From assembly GCA_017654855.1 (NCBI GenBank), contig CM030333.1, positions 1,674,001 to 1,738,000 of the forward strand: DNA of 64,000 nt, written 5' to 3'. The translations under genes and the position numbers were made by a program. Source of the stretch: Podospora anserina. Taxonomy: Eukaryota. Of this stretch, positions 24,225 to 35,712 are shown one piece after another. Positions within the stretch are counted from its first letter, which is position 1, and each line of letters begins with the position of its first letter. The notes beneath the pieces are model-generated. The model was not told the origin of the DNA. It was given only the letters and a program-made list of their open reading frames with translations, and ran no database searches.

Positions 24225-26066
24225 TTACCGACCAAAGTAGTGGTCGTCAGGTCGGGAGGAGGAGTACGAGGTAGGGTATTGGGGATAGGGTGGGATGGAG
24301 GGGGCGTAGTCGTCAGCACCGACGTACTCATATTCGGGGCTGGCAGCATCGGGGTAGGCGGGATAAGCCGGGGCACGAGGAATGGACCTGGCGCGGGAGG
24401 CTCCGCGGGTGCGTGGCCGGACAGGGAAATCGACTCGGGTTCGGCGGTCATCGAGGTCAACCCGGGTGTGGCGGTCATCGTGGTCGCCATAGCTCGCGTC
24501 GCTACCACCGCCTCGGTAGCCTAGCGTAGCACCGTTCTTAGTGATGTTGATCTCGGCGCCATCATGGCATTCCATTTCGGCACCGCCAATTTTGAGCGTC
24601 GTATTACCCTTTACCCTGATGGTGAAGTCTTCGTCGTGAGCACTGGTGTGCGTGGTCCTCGTCGTGTATGACTGTCGGTAATCGCTCTCGTCGCGGCTGC
24701 CTGAGCTTCTGCTGCTTCCTCCGTTTCGGGCCTTTGCGAGAGTTTCAGCGGTTAGCGGGAGCGGGGACCCGCCCATGAGTTCTTCCTGATAACGGGTGGC
24801 TGAACGAACTTGATCCTCGTATGCGCTGCTGGAAGCCGCCGATTCGCCAAAGTATGAGCTCCGTCGCAAATGCTTCCCGTAAGGCTCCACCGGCATTGGG
24901 TTGTAGTCGTAGTCGCCGTACGCCTCGTCCGCCAGTCCGCTGCTCATTCTAGGTGGCTTGGGACGGAAGGCTAGGTTGGTGCTGTGGCCGGCGTTGTTGT
25001 AATCGGCAGGGCCCATGGGGGAGAGGTTAAAGAGGTCATCCTCGGTTCGTTCAATATCATCATAGAGGGTTCGCCGCGAGATTGGCGTAGAGGGCGCAGG
25101 GGGTTGGAACCCACTGCTTGGGAGTGGCCTGGCAGATTGGGGTCTGCGAGGAGGTGGCGGCATCATGCGCTTATCGTCCGTCTCAACCTTGGACATCCTC
25201 CTGTTGGTGGATGGACGCCGAGCTAATTGTTTGCTGGGAGGCGCTTGTGGCTCTTCCCACTCGTTACCATATTCAATGGCAGGTGGCTGCTGAGGGCGAT
25301 AGCCCATCGCTGACTGTGGCCGGGTGTAGCTGCCGAAGCGAGACTCAAGTGGCCGCGAAAAGTACTCTGGTCCTGGTCCGTTCATGACCACAGGGGACGA
25401 TCCTGGTTGAGGATAAGGAATCTGCATGGGCGCTGACATGGGTGCCGGTGGTGGGGGGGGGCCGGGAGGGGGAGGACCGCTCCATTGAGGTGGGTTCGGA
25501 AGAGGTGGTGGCGCAAAGCCCGAGTTCATCTGCGGGCCTGGTGTCTGGCTGTAATACCTGTTCTGGTGGGTTAAAGGTGGTCTCGAAGGTGAGCTGCCAT
25601 AATAGGCACTGGTCGGTCTCGTGGTCTTGGAGCGGGGACGAGTGGCAGCAGGCGCCGGGGCAGGTGCTGGCTCATTGACGCCGAAATATTGCGCATCGTG
25701 TGCGTCTACAGACTTGCGTGAGTAACGGGCGTCGGGCGGCGCCGTCCTCGTGGGCTTCAGAGCAGGTCTTGAAGTCATGAGTGCTTTTTTGCTGGCCGAA
25801 GTAGACTTATCCCTGTGAGTGCTGGGCTTCTTGGTAGAATCTCTCTCTCTTCGAGGGAGCGTCGAGTCCGAGTCGGTGTGGGCGTTGATGGGCGAGGTCT
25901 CGCTCTTCCTGCTCTTTTCTCTCCGGACACGTCCGGTGTTTGCTGGCTGCTTGATGGGACTGCCTGGGGCACAAGATGTAGCGTAGCGTGCGGTGCCTTC
26001 AAAAACAGTTCCGGCGTCGTCGGCGTCCTCGACGCATGCAGCAGATGGTCGATTCCTCCCAGACAT
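24225..26066 (-). CDS. Uncharacterised Pro/Ser/Tyr-rich protein, ~613 aa
   Basis: Long open frame with likely start MSGRNRPSAA (ATG at 26066). Mostly low-complexity, with a small beta-rich segment (FTIRVKGNTTLKIGGAEMECHDGAEINITKNG). Confidence 0.8.
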   Translation of the reverse strand: MSGRNRPSAACVEDADDAGTVFEGTARYATSCAPGSPIKQPANTGRVRREKSRKSETSPINAHTDSDSTLPRRERDSTKKPSTHRDKSTSASKKALMTSRPALKPTRTAPPDARYSRKSVDAHDAQYFGVNEPAPAPAPAATRPRSKTTRPTSAYYGSSPSRPPLTHQNRYYSQTPGPQMNSGFAPPPLPNPPQWSGPPPPGPPPPPAPMSAPMQIPYPQPGSSPVVMNGPGPEYFSRPLESRFGSYTRPQSAMGYRPQQPPAIEYGNEWEEPQAPPSKQLARRPSTNRRMSKVETDDKRMMPPPPRRPQSARPLPSSGFQPPAPSTPISRRTLYDDIERTEDDLFNLSPMGPADYNNAGHSTNLAFRPKPPRMSSGLADEAYGDYDYNPMPVEPYGKHLRRSSYFGESAASSSAYEDQVRSATRYQEELMGGSPLPLTAETLAKARNGGSSRSSGSRDESDYRQSYTTRTTHTSAHDEDFTIRVKGNTTLKIGGAEMECHDGAEINITKNGATLGYRGGGSDASYGDHDDRHTRVDLDDRRTRVDFPVRPRTRGASRARSIPRAPAYPAYPDAASPEYEYVGADDYAPSIPPYPQYPTSYSSSRPDDHYFGR

Positions 26067-26734
26067 TGCCGATACGAGCCCCCCGCTCGTCTGCAGGCGG
26101 GCTGACTCCAAGTCAGATGGTTGAGTTTGGTGTTGTTGCGAGAGGCAACGATGCCTCGACAAAGAGGCCGGCCAGTCTCGAGTGGATGGGATTGTGGGTT
26201 GATGTGGCAGGTTGGGCAGCGGCGGTAATTCGAGCGTTGAGGACAAGGCGGTTTGTGGGGTGCGAGGGCAGCGAATACCAGTGACAAAGTGATCGACTTC
26301 GGATGGCAGGATGGTAAATTCAGCGGTGGTGGCAGAAAAGTCGCTCGCCTAGAGACAGAAAATGGGATGGGTTGTCCTAAGGAAACAAAAAAAGGTGGAG
26401 GAACGGGACAGTGACGAGTTTTATTCACTGCGGGGGGGTATGCTGTGAGTGGAGGGCGGCAAGGAAGACCGCTGTCTCGCTTGCCTGGAGCAGGCTCTGG
26501 GGTTCGCTGGGGATTGGGGGAGAGCCACTGACAACCACAGGAGGACCAGACGGGAGACGACAGGGGTGTGAGAATCCCCCAGACACCAAAAGACCAAGAC
26601 CACGGTGGGGACGGCACCTGAGGAGGGGCACCCCAGACAAGAATTATCGATAACAAGTCGAGACGAGACGAGACGATGCGATACCGAGGGAGCAAACACT
26701 CTCCTCCGTTCCGTTATCGACCAGGTGACGGCTT

Positions 26735-26735
<1 letters not shown>

Positions 26736-26765
<30 letters not shown>
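26736..26765. repeat. (AC)15 microsatellite
   Basis: Direct tandem repeat. Confidence 0.9.
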
Positions 26766-26767
<2 letters not shown>

Positions 26768-28524
26768 GTTTTGGTCGCACCAGATATCTTTTGTGTTGAT
26801 GTTGGTGTTGATATGCTGGTCAATGCTAGTTGAATGCTGATCCTGATTCTGAGGCGGATGATTGTCGTGCCCTGCCCTCCACTGCCCTGCCCAGCGGCTT
26901 GGATACGTTGCCCGATGGGTCCAATGCTTTTTTTTCTCTTTCTTTTTTTTTGTCCTCCTGATCGTGGGGGGGAAGGCTATGGACGGCCTCACCTTGGAGC
27001 TCCAGAACTACGGATTCTGGCTTGAGCCTCCAAGACTTCAGATGCTGCGTGTGTCTCGCAGATTACAGGCAGATCGTCTGGCAGACTCGGGCAGATGCGG
27101 GACACGGAGCAACAGTGCCCGGCGCAACACAAGACTCTGCTTCTGCTGAAGAGCTATCAAACGCGATGCGATGTCGCTGGTTGGGATAGTTGGGCAAAGA
27201 CGACGGGATACTTGTGCTCTGTGGCGAACCAATGAGAGCCTGCAAGTCGCTTGCACGTATGGCAACTTGGGAGCATGTGTGTGGTGGACTGCTTGTGCCA
27301 GTGTGCGTAAGGCCTCAACTGAGTGGGTTTTTTTTTTTCGGCGGGGACCCTTCTCAGCGGCTGCCGAGACACAATCGTGACGAAGCTGAGCACTCGTTTC
27401 GCGCCTTTAATGCCCGATACTGTTTTGGGCAGCGATTGAGAGGCACGGCCGAGTGCCGGTCTCGCAGTGATCAATCAGCGTTGAACTTCTGTCCTGGATG
27501 GACATCAAAAACAGGCTGTGCCAGGCCTAAGCGATATCTAGCCGTCTGATCATGAGCTTTTGGCAGAAATGCGATGAAGACTCGAGAATGCGTGCGAAAA
27601 AGAGGATCAACTCGGTTGAGCCGCGGACCACCGAACGATGCTCTCTTCATGCAGAGAGAGAGAAAAATGCGAAAGGCAACCACCGTTCATCCCTAGGCAA
27701 CGGCAGGCAGGTCGCCAGCTCACACACCATTTCTGTCAACGCTTGCGCGGGTTTCGACCCTTATTATTGGGAGCCGTCGGGCCTGGAATGGAGAATGCTG
27801 CAGGCCGGTGCCGCCTGACGCCTCTCATAGGGCAGGACTGCGACGAGCGCCCCCAACAATCTTCTACTTCGTTATCTGTGTCTTGGTCTTGCCGGGTCCG
27901 CATTTTTGGAGTCACCGGCCAACTTCAATTATATGTACTGCACCCGTATTTCGATATCAAATCTTCAAGACACGGACTGGCAACGTCGTGATCGGAGCAC
28001 ACTTGGCGTATGGCAAGATGCTTTTCAGGAACCGATACGGCCTCTGGTCTGGTGACTGGTTCCGTCAAACATTCTCTTGATTGCTTACTCGTCTCGCCAG
28101 CGGACCGTCCGACGACAATTCAGCCGTTCCTTTCCACAGCCATGTCGTGGAAGCATCCAGCAGACGATCGTCTCATGCGGCATATTTTGCAAAGAGCCGC
28201 AATTCAATAGGTCGAACTGCTGCGGGTGAAACTGTTGCCCTCCACATATATACCAAGGAACAGACCAGAACCGCGCTCGCATATAAAAGTGTGTTTTGAT
28301 TTTGATTTCGCCTTTGCCTCATTGGTGCTTCGAGCATACAGATGAGCATCGGGTGCCCAATGATCACGTTCTTATACCCTCCTCAAAAGATGCTCGACCG
28401 AATGTTGGGGGTTGCTTCTCCACAGAAATCGGTATCGTCGACGAAACAGAGGACAGCCGCGCCGGACCTTTTCGGATTTGATTGGACGGCTTCTTTGTAA
28501 CAATGGCTGTTCCCACCGTCGCAA

Positions 28525-29160
28525 ATGCGCGAGAAGCGCGAGTATCTGCACATCATGCCGTATCGCCATGCTCAGGCGATCCCGTCCACTTGGGTGCCGT
28601 TGAACGGGCATCCACAGCGGATTATCGGCTGTTTCGTCAAGCTTTTCGAGAACACAGGTTCCCAGTCTCATTTCCATCTCCCTCCAGATGTGAGTCAATT
28701 TGGGCAGTGGGAGGATGGCCAAGCCAATCCAAAGACGGACTGGTCCGGATACTCCGCATCCAATGCATTGAAAGCAGGATGCATGCAGGGGGGTCCTACA
28801 GAAAGTCATTGACCTCTTGGGCAACGCTGGCGCCATTTCCTCAGATAGACTCCATGAAGCCTGCACGCAACTCTCTGACGCAAGCGTTCGAGACGATCCC
28901 GTGACACACCGGCCAATGCAGCTTCTAGGTATGTGACGTGAGAGCTCATGAACTATCCCAGATGTAAAAGAAAGCCAGCGTCTTCCTCTGGGCTTGGAAG
29001 GCCCTCCGAAAAGCACGCTGCCGAGCACAACCGGAAGTCAGGTCCGTTTGGGGACCGAAAGATAGCAGCCTGACCGGAGCTACTCCGGAATCCTGTCCAT
29101 GCCGCCGTTTGTTGAGGGCCCAAGATCGACCGATTGCCGCATGCCCTATCTTTGCTGAAT
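28525..29160 (+). pseudogene. Possible degenerate spliced gene relic
   Basis: Donor-like GTGAGT (~28690) and GTATGT (~28928), acceptor-like CCCAG (~28961), and protein-like fragments (VLQKVIDLLGNAGAISSDRLHEACTQLSDASVRDD; DVKESQRLPLGLEGPPKSTLP) interrupted by stops and frame changes. No family recognised. Confidence 0.2.
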
Positions 29161-29703
29161 CTTCACAGTTCGAGGGCGAGAACTTTTTCATGCATTTCCG
29201 GAGGGGCACCTTTTGTGAATCCTTAGACAATCACCATCATCGTGCATTGAAAATCGATGGCAACCCGGACCTCTGCGGCGAGTTGATTCATTCGACTCCT
29301 CACCGCCTTTTGGTTCTGGTCTCCCTCTCTCCCGGCACTATATCCTGCATCAAAGTATCGACGCCACCGTTCCATCGCTGTGCGCACTCCCACCAGCCGA
29401 ACCTTTTGAGCCGGCAGCTAATGACATGAAGAGTGAGGGGGTGGCTGATCCTAGGGAGGCTTAGATCGATCAGTGATGGCAAGCACTTGTCCTTCCAACC
29501 ACGAAGCTGAGACATCCGGGTATACTCAGCGAGTGCCGTCGGCAATGTAGGTCCTCTCTCTGTCTCACATGGCCGAGTCTGCTCGTGTCCTTGGCCGGCT
29601 GTCTGAAGCAAAGACGGGCCGTCACGTCACTCGGCTCGATCCCGATGCAAATCCAGCGTGGGGTGCAGGCGACATACAGCTCTGGGTCTCAGGCGCATGA
29701 CTC

Positions 29704-30588
29704 TCAGGTCGATATCAACTCCATGTCGGCCACCACAGCTCTATGATCCGAGAGGTAGACCATGTCATCGAAGCGATTTGGCAGAATCCCAAAGTTGCGA
29801 CTAGTTAACTGTTGCGATTCCCGAACAAAAAGAAAGTCAATCCTCTTGGGCGTCTCTTCTGGCTCTCCAAAAGAGGTGTAAGTGATATCCTGGTTGCCGT
29901 ACCGATCATCTTGTTGCACAAGCTGAGAGATATCCGTCATGCCGGAATCAGGGGCGGCCAACACCTTGTAGGCTCCATCACTTGGTGTGCTGTTGAAATC
30001 GCCGCCGAGAAAAGCTGGTACTTGTGTCCCTCGACTGGCCGAGGCCGTCCATGTTCGAGATATCTCCAGTAGCAGCTTGGCGCTTTCTTCCCGAGCTACT
30101 TTTCCGCGATGGTCGAAATGAGTACTCATGACTACCACACGAGCTCCAGTATCCTTGTGCCGGAATAATCCCACGGTAACAACTCGTTCCAAGGCAGCAT
30201 CCCAACCTTTGGACGGGAGATCAGGTGTCTTGGAAAGCCAATAAGTCTTTTGGCGTTCGCATTCCCAATGATCCACTCGGAAAAAGATGGGAGAGAATTC
30301 GCCAGCCTGTTTACCATCCTCCCGGCCTTGGCCGATATGACGCCAGGCATTCCCCAGCCTGTCCTGGATATCCGTGAGCTGAGAATAAAGAACTTCCTGG
30401 AGACATATGAAGGGCGAGTCTTGACCCGAGGTGATGAACTTCAACTGTGAGCAGAGCTTTGGACAGCGAATAGACCATGGCTCCTCACCCGGAACGGGGG
30501 TCTTGGTGGCATATCGAACATTGAAAGTAATGAGACGAATCGGAAGGGGGCCGCGTGTGGCGATGCCGGTTGAATTGGTGGTGCCCAT
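29704..30588 (-). CDS. Endonuclease/exonuclease/phosphatase (EEP) family hydrolase, ~294 aa
   Basis: Complete EEP motif set: ITFNVRY, ICLQEV, STHFDH, GGDFNS, RIDFLF, SDHRAVVA. The start may extend upstream. Confidence 0.92.
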   Translation of the reverse strand: MGTTNSTGIATRGPLPIRLITFNVRYATKTPVPGEEPWSIRCPKLCSQLKFITSGQDSPFICLQEVLYSQLTDIQDRLGNAWRHIGQGREDGKQAGEFSPIFFRVDHWECERQKTYWLSKTPDLPSKGWDAALERVVTVGLFRHKDTGARVVVMSTHFDHRGKVAREESAKLLLEISRTWTASASRGTQVPAFLGGDFNSTPSDGAYKVLAAPDSGMTDISQLVQQDDRYGNQDITYTSFGEPEETPKRIDFLFVRESQQLTSRNFGILPNRFDDMVYLSDHRAVVADMELIST

Positions 30589-32370
30589 CACCACTGCCTA
30601 GAGCAAATTCCTGGAACTGATGCAAGCGGTCCTGAATGAGTGAGTGGTTGCCTAGAAGGAACGGGCTCTTCACTGAAGAGGCGTAAAAGCGATAATACGA
30701 TAGTGAATAAAAGAGATGAATGAAGATTGAGTGAAATTGAAGCCGAATCGATAGCCGTCTGGAAGCTGAAGGCTACGTTGTCAGAGCATGTTCACAGTTG
30801 AACTTTGAGAAAGAAACGCGTCGTGGAAAAGAGACAAGGCCAACAGTGACAGGCAGCTGTCGCGTCAAGCTTTGTACTACGTCATTCTAGATAAGCTCTT
30901 ATTATGTAAGCAAGAACCCCGCAACCATCTGACCTCAAGTCCTCGACCGCCGATGACCTTTTTGGTCACAGGCCACCAAATTCAGAAACCACGGCATTTA
31001 TTTGCACGACCATTTTGAGCTGATTACGTGCTTCGATCGTGTAACTTTGACTTCTACATCCCGTATTTCCAACAGACCGAGATCTCCAAGTGGAAAAGTG
31101 CGGGAAACTGCAGTGTAATGCAAAGTGCAGAACTTCTTGCAGCGTTCCTGCTTCGAGGCTGACCTCCCACGAGCTGTGACTCGTCAGCATTTGCCCGTCG
31201 TCTCGATCTTTTTTTCTTCGATCGATTCATGGGAAAAGAACCTTGATGATTTGCTCCGATCATCTGCCCCCCAAAGGGTCTTGGCAGAGATCCTGCAGGT
31301 ACGTTCTGCCTCACCTTCATCGCCCCCCTCATCTTGTATGAGACGATCAGAAGCCTGTATATCCTCTTCCAAATACTACATACTATCATCCTGACGGGAT
31401 TTAGAAAATCACCGGTGTTCTCGGCATCTTTCTGATATCTCCGGGAGGGTGTGCTCGCTGGACAATCAGATATCGAATCCCACTACTAACCTGGTCGGTG
31501 TCTCAGCTCAGCCGGCTGAGTTGTATGTCACAAGCCAATCTATGACAACCTTCACGAAAGTAATTCCCCGCCTGCTCGTAATCTACTTTGGCATTTCCAA
31601 GGCCCAAATCCCATACATGCCGGTTTCGAGTCACCATTCACGCCATTCTCGAAATGTTCCAAGTTTAATCAACCCACATGGTGATCCCCGTGATGGTCCG
31701 CATAGTCTTGGTGTCTCTGAACCTCTCACCAAAATCGGCAATCTTCTTCAGACTAGCCATGGTTAATTCACCCTAGGCCGCGAAAGGCGCAGCCACACCT
31801 TAGAGCGAATGGGCGAATGACCCCACTCACACACGGCCATCGGCCGAGTTCGAAGTTGGTGTGTATGGCATCCTGTGGGTGGCCGTCAAGAAAACAGACA
31901 GGTCACTTTTCACTCCACAAGGCAGCATCTAAGCGGTAATCATCACTAGGGAACTTTGACCGGTGACTCTGCGTATACCCGACCATCCATGGCTTTTTTT
32001 TGTTATTATGTCTCTCATGGAAGATGGTGGGCATGTAAGGAACACCAGCTGCGGTCATTTGGACTTTTGGGATAGTATATATCAACTGCGGCGTTGCCGC
32101 CTTTTGGGGACCCATCCACTCATCTCTCTCTTGTTTCGTTCACTCTCTGTTGATCGAGTTCCACGGCAGTTGGGGACAGACACACAGACCGTCTGTGTGC
32201 GGCCTCTCTCGTTTCGGGAAGTCTATTATTTGATAGGACATCGACTCGTGTCTTTCTAAGCCAGTCGACACACAAGGGCGGCTCGACGGCAAAAACGAAG
32301 AATCTCATGCTTTGATCGGGTCAGACGAATACGCGGCCGGGGGTATATATCTACCCTCATTTGAGACATC

Positions 32371-33195
32371 ATGTCTTCCTCCCGATACTCGACGACAACC
32401 AGCTCAACCAACCCATCAAAATACTCCTATTCTCCAGCAGCACAGTCTAGCTATTCCTCTTCCCGCCCAGGTCAACGCCCCTCTCCATTCCAACCACCCT
32501 CCCAACCAGCCCTCAAACCAACACACCTCTCCTCCCCCTTGCCAGACGACAACGACGACGACTTCTCCCTCACAATGCCAGGCATCGATCCCCTCTCCTT
32601 CTTCCTCACCCCCCCAACCCCCTCGGCCCCCTACCCACAGGACGACGACACGGCCATGCTCGACTTTGACTACTTTGACTACTCGGCCGGCATCGACGAT
32701 TCTTCTTCGGCCGACGTTAGGAGCGTCAGCCCCTCCAGCCTAGCAGGCTTCTCCCGCCCTGACGGCCCGCGCCCCCCTACTCCCCCTCGGGTCTCCTCCC
32801 CTGCTGTGAGCACCCCCGATTTGGAGTTTGACTACGGGAGCTTGGGAGCCAGCCCGGAAGGTGACACGCTCATGGAGGAATACTACCGCCATCGGATGGG
32901 CGGTTACGGGGGTGTTCCGCTTTTGTTGAAGGACTTTACCAATGCTGCTGGGGGGAACAAGAAGAGGGGGAAGTTTACCAAGGGGAGTGGGGGGGAGAGG
33001 CATGCGGGGCATCACCATGTCTGGAGGGAGCCGAGTCCGGATGTTTGGAGTATTGAGGAGGATCCGAGGGAGGAGGAAACGGGGGTGGTGGATGTTAAGA
33101 AGAAGGGAAAGGGGACTACTAGGGGGGGTGGGAAGGGGAAGATGGTGAAGAGGGTGAGGTTTGTTTTGCCTGGGGAGGAGGAGGGGGTTTACTGA
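32371..33195 (+). CDS. Uncharacterised, largely disordered fungal protein, 274 aa
   Basis: Intronless ATG ORF preceded by a TATATA box at ~32344. Motif islands DPLSFFLTP, VRSVSPSSL, WREPSPDVWSIEE and a terminal KRVRF. Confidence 0.8.
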   Translation: MSSSRYSTTTSSTNPSKYSYSPAAQSSYSSSRPGQRPSPFQPPSQPALKPTHLSSPLPDDNDDDFSLTMPGIDPLSFFLTPPTPSAPYPQDDDTAMLDFDYFDYSAGIDDSSSADVRSVSPSSLAGFSRPDGPRPPTPPRVSSPAVSTPDLEFDYGSLGASPEGDTLMEEYYRHRMGGYGGVPLLLKDFTNAAGGNKKRGKFTKGSGGERHAGHHHVWREPSPDVWSIEEDPREEETGVVDVKKKGKGTTRGGGKGKMVKRVRFVLPGEEEGVY

Positions 33196-35712
33196 TTTGT
33201 TTTTTTTTTGAGTAAACATGTATACTGCATCTTTTGGTGGTTTGTTGTTGCATTTTGAGATGCATTTTTCTTTTCTTTTTTTTTCTTTTCTTTTTTTTTT
33301 CTTTTCTTTTTTTTTTCTTTTTCTTTTTTCTTTCTTTTTTTTTTTGGAAATCTTTGGAATAGGATTACCCCCTTACTTAGAATATTGGGTTTGCATTAGG
33401 AGGATTTCCTTGAGTGCTTGTATGGAGGTTATCTGTTGCATTGTGTCCGGTTTTTGAACTTCCTTGGTTGTCTACTGCATCTCATCCGGTTTCATTTTTC
33501 TCCTGCTTTTTCCTAACCGCATGTTTGGTGTTGGCTGGCTCTTTGGCTCTTCGGGGTAAGGGATTCTCATCATCATCCCCGTTGTAATTGCATTGATCAT
33601 CATCATAGGAGGATACATTCATACAGGTTGATACCAGGTTGGCATTTTCTGATCTCCATACCTCCCGTGGTTTATTTCTTGGGGGTTCTTACATCTATCT
33701 ACATGTTTGCAAGATACTTTTTGCTTCGCAGCACAAAATACGAGATTCTGCAGTTTTTCCCCCTTAAGAACATGGATGTCTGTCGTATGAATTATATGTC
33801 TCAGCCCTCTGAGGGAATTATATGCCCGTGAAGAGGTCACCGAGTGTTACCTTTGCACCTGGCTTTTTGTACAAAACCATCGAGATCCCCCCCGCCCCCC
33901 CCTATATCTTCCGAAAAGCCACCCGGAATGATGAGTTGTGCAGTGCTACATGGGCTGAGAACAAGTGTGTGTATGTGATACAGAGGTCCGGGATCAGATG
34001 AAATCTTGAATGTCGAGCTTGGATCTTGATTTTTATCAGAATTTCAGATGAACGCGGTGGTGCTGTGTGTTTCCTTGGTTTTACGAGAGTGATTGTAACA
34101 TATAACTCGGCCATGCTATGATTACGAAGACATCCTTTTTCTCTCCTGGTGGGGGTGGGTCTGTGTGGTGTTGTGTGGTCACCACCAACTTGTTTTGAGT
34201 GTGTACCAAGGTGAGATGGGGCGGTTCACCGCGTGAAAGATGCTTACGACTTGCGATGACTTGTGACCTTTGAATGTGATACGGGATTGGAATGGGTGTT
34301 AGTAAGGGGAGGTGAGAGAGAGAGGGAGGCTTATCGTTATCATCGGGACTTGTTGGTCGTCGGCAGTGGTTGCATTTATTTTTATCGCGGCAGGCCGGCG
34401 GCGGCATTTGGCTGATCCCGGCATCCGATGGTGAGTTTGCTGGCCCCACTGCCCGCTGTCCTTGTCCTTGGTTCCCTGTCTGCGGGAACATCGCGCAAAC
34501 ATCGATGGGCCCGGGAACGGAGAGCATCGGCAAGGTCCACTCGAGGATGGCTTGGAAAAGGGTTCATGGGTTGATGATGATGATGTCAGGGCCACGTTGA
34601 AAGGGTTAGATATGGGCGATGCGGGGGGGAGGGACAGTGAGATATCGGACTATAGTCGGAGAGCCTATTACTGCTCTGTGATATGTGCCAACAAGACTGT
34701 GACACGGGGTCTGATAGAAGATGAGATGGGATGGCATCGATAGGTATCAGATGAAAGCGCCAATGCGCACTTGCCGAAGGAATATTCTTCAAGACATCGA
34801 TGGTCTGCGAGTTTGCGCAGCTGACAGGTTGGACAGGGAGCTCCGGGTCATTTGACGCTGATTGGTGCATTGAATCCCGACTGAGGTGGGTGTGGGTGTC
34901 TGTCAGACCAAGGAAAGCTCTTCTGCAAGGGTGGAGCGATGGGGCGCTGAGAGGCTGCGATTTGTTTATGTCTGAGACGATTGTTTATCTCGATTGGCCC
35001 AGCTGACGGCGGCGCTGTATCTTGCCTTGGAGGAGCTTGCTTTGGACCGCAGGCGGCGCGGCTTTCCTTTCCATGATCCATCGATTGAATCCTCATTCCT
35101 CTGCTGTTCTTCACGCTGTCGCTGTCACTGCTGCCCCACGGGTGCTTGCTTTCCACTACCGCAGTAGACGCTGTCTCGCAGCTAACCCCGCCGTCGCCGC
35201 TTCTCAGGGTCCCCCTAAACTGCAGCGGCCCGCCAGGCCAATCCATCCGTCCTTGCTGCTTTGCACAACGTCACTGCATCTCTCCTCCGGTCAGGAACTC
35301 CCGACGCTGCCGTTCCAGGCTCACGGCCGGCTTCACTTCTCGCCCTACTAGGTGCGCGAATTTGAATTTCTCTTCGAGTGGCAGAGGGTCAGGATGAGCT
35401 CATCAAGGTGAAAAGCGGTAAAAACCACAGGTGGGTTGCCCTGGTTTTTGTTTGTTGACTTTCCACCAAAATCGTCAGGCCCAGCTTGGGACATGCATCA
35501 CCCGATTGGATAGCTGCCAGCTCCGCTTCGATAGTTCAGTTACGAGTGGATGCTTGTTTTGGCCCATCTTCCGATCAACAAAATTTATTTCTGAATCGGC
35601 TCATGTCATGATCATTGGGGAAGACCTTGAGAGAATGCTGTCTCATCAGAGTCATAGCTGTTGTTGCTGCCATTGCTAACAAACACTCTTTCACCCCGAC
35701 AGAAGCGGAATC

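Noticed and set aside
23855-24508. 217 aa alternative-frame ORF overlapping the end of the 24.2 kb gene
   Set aside because: It has no ATG-supported start, and the acidic tract comes from GAT/GAC repeats in the probable 3' UTR.
25775-26695. 306 aa minus-strand ORF overlapping the start of the 24.2 kb gene
   Set aside because: Non-ATG start, out of frame with the better-supported CDS, and no protein-like features.
31780-31860. GTTCGAA B-box-like sequence suggesting a tRNA
   Set aside because: No cloverleaf or A box could be built around it.
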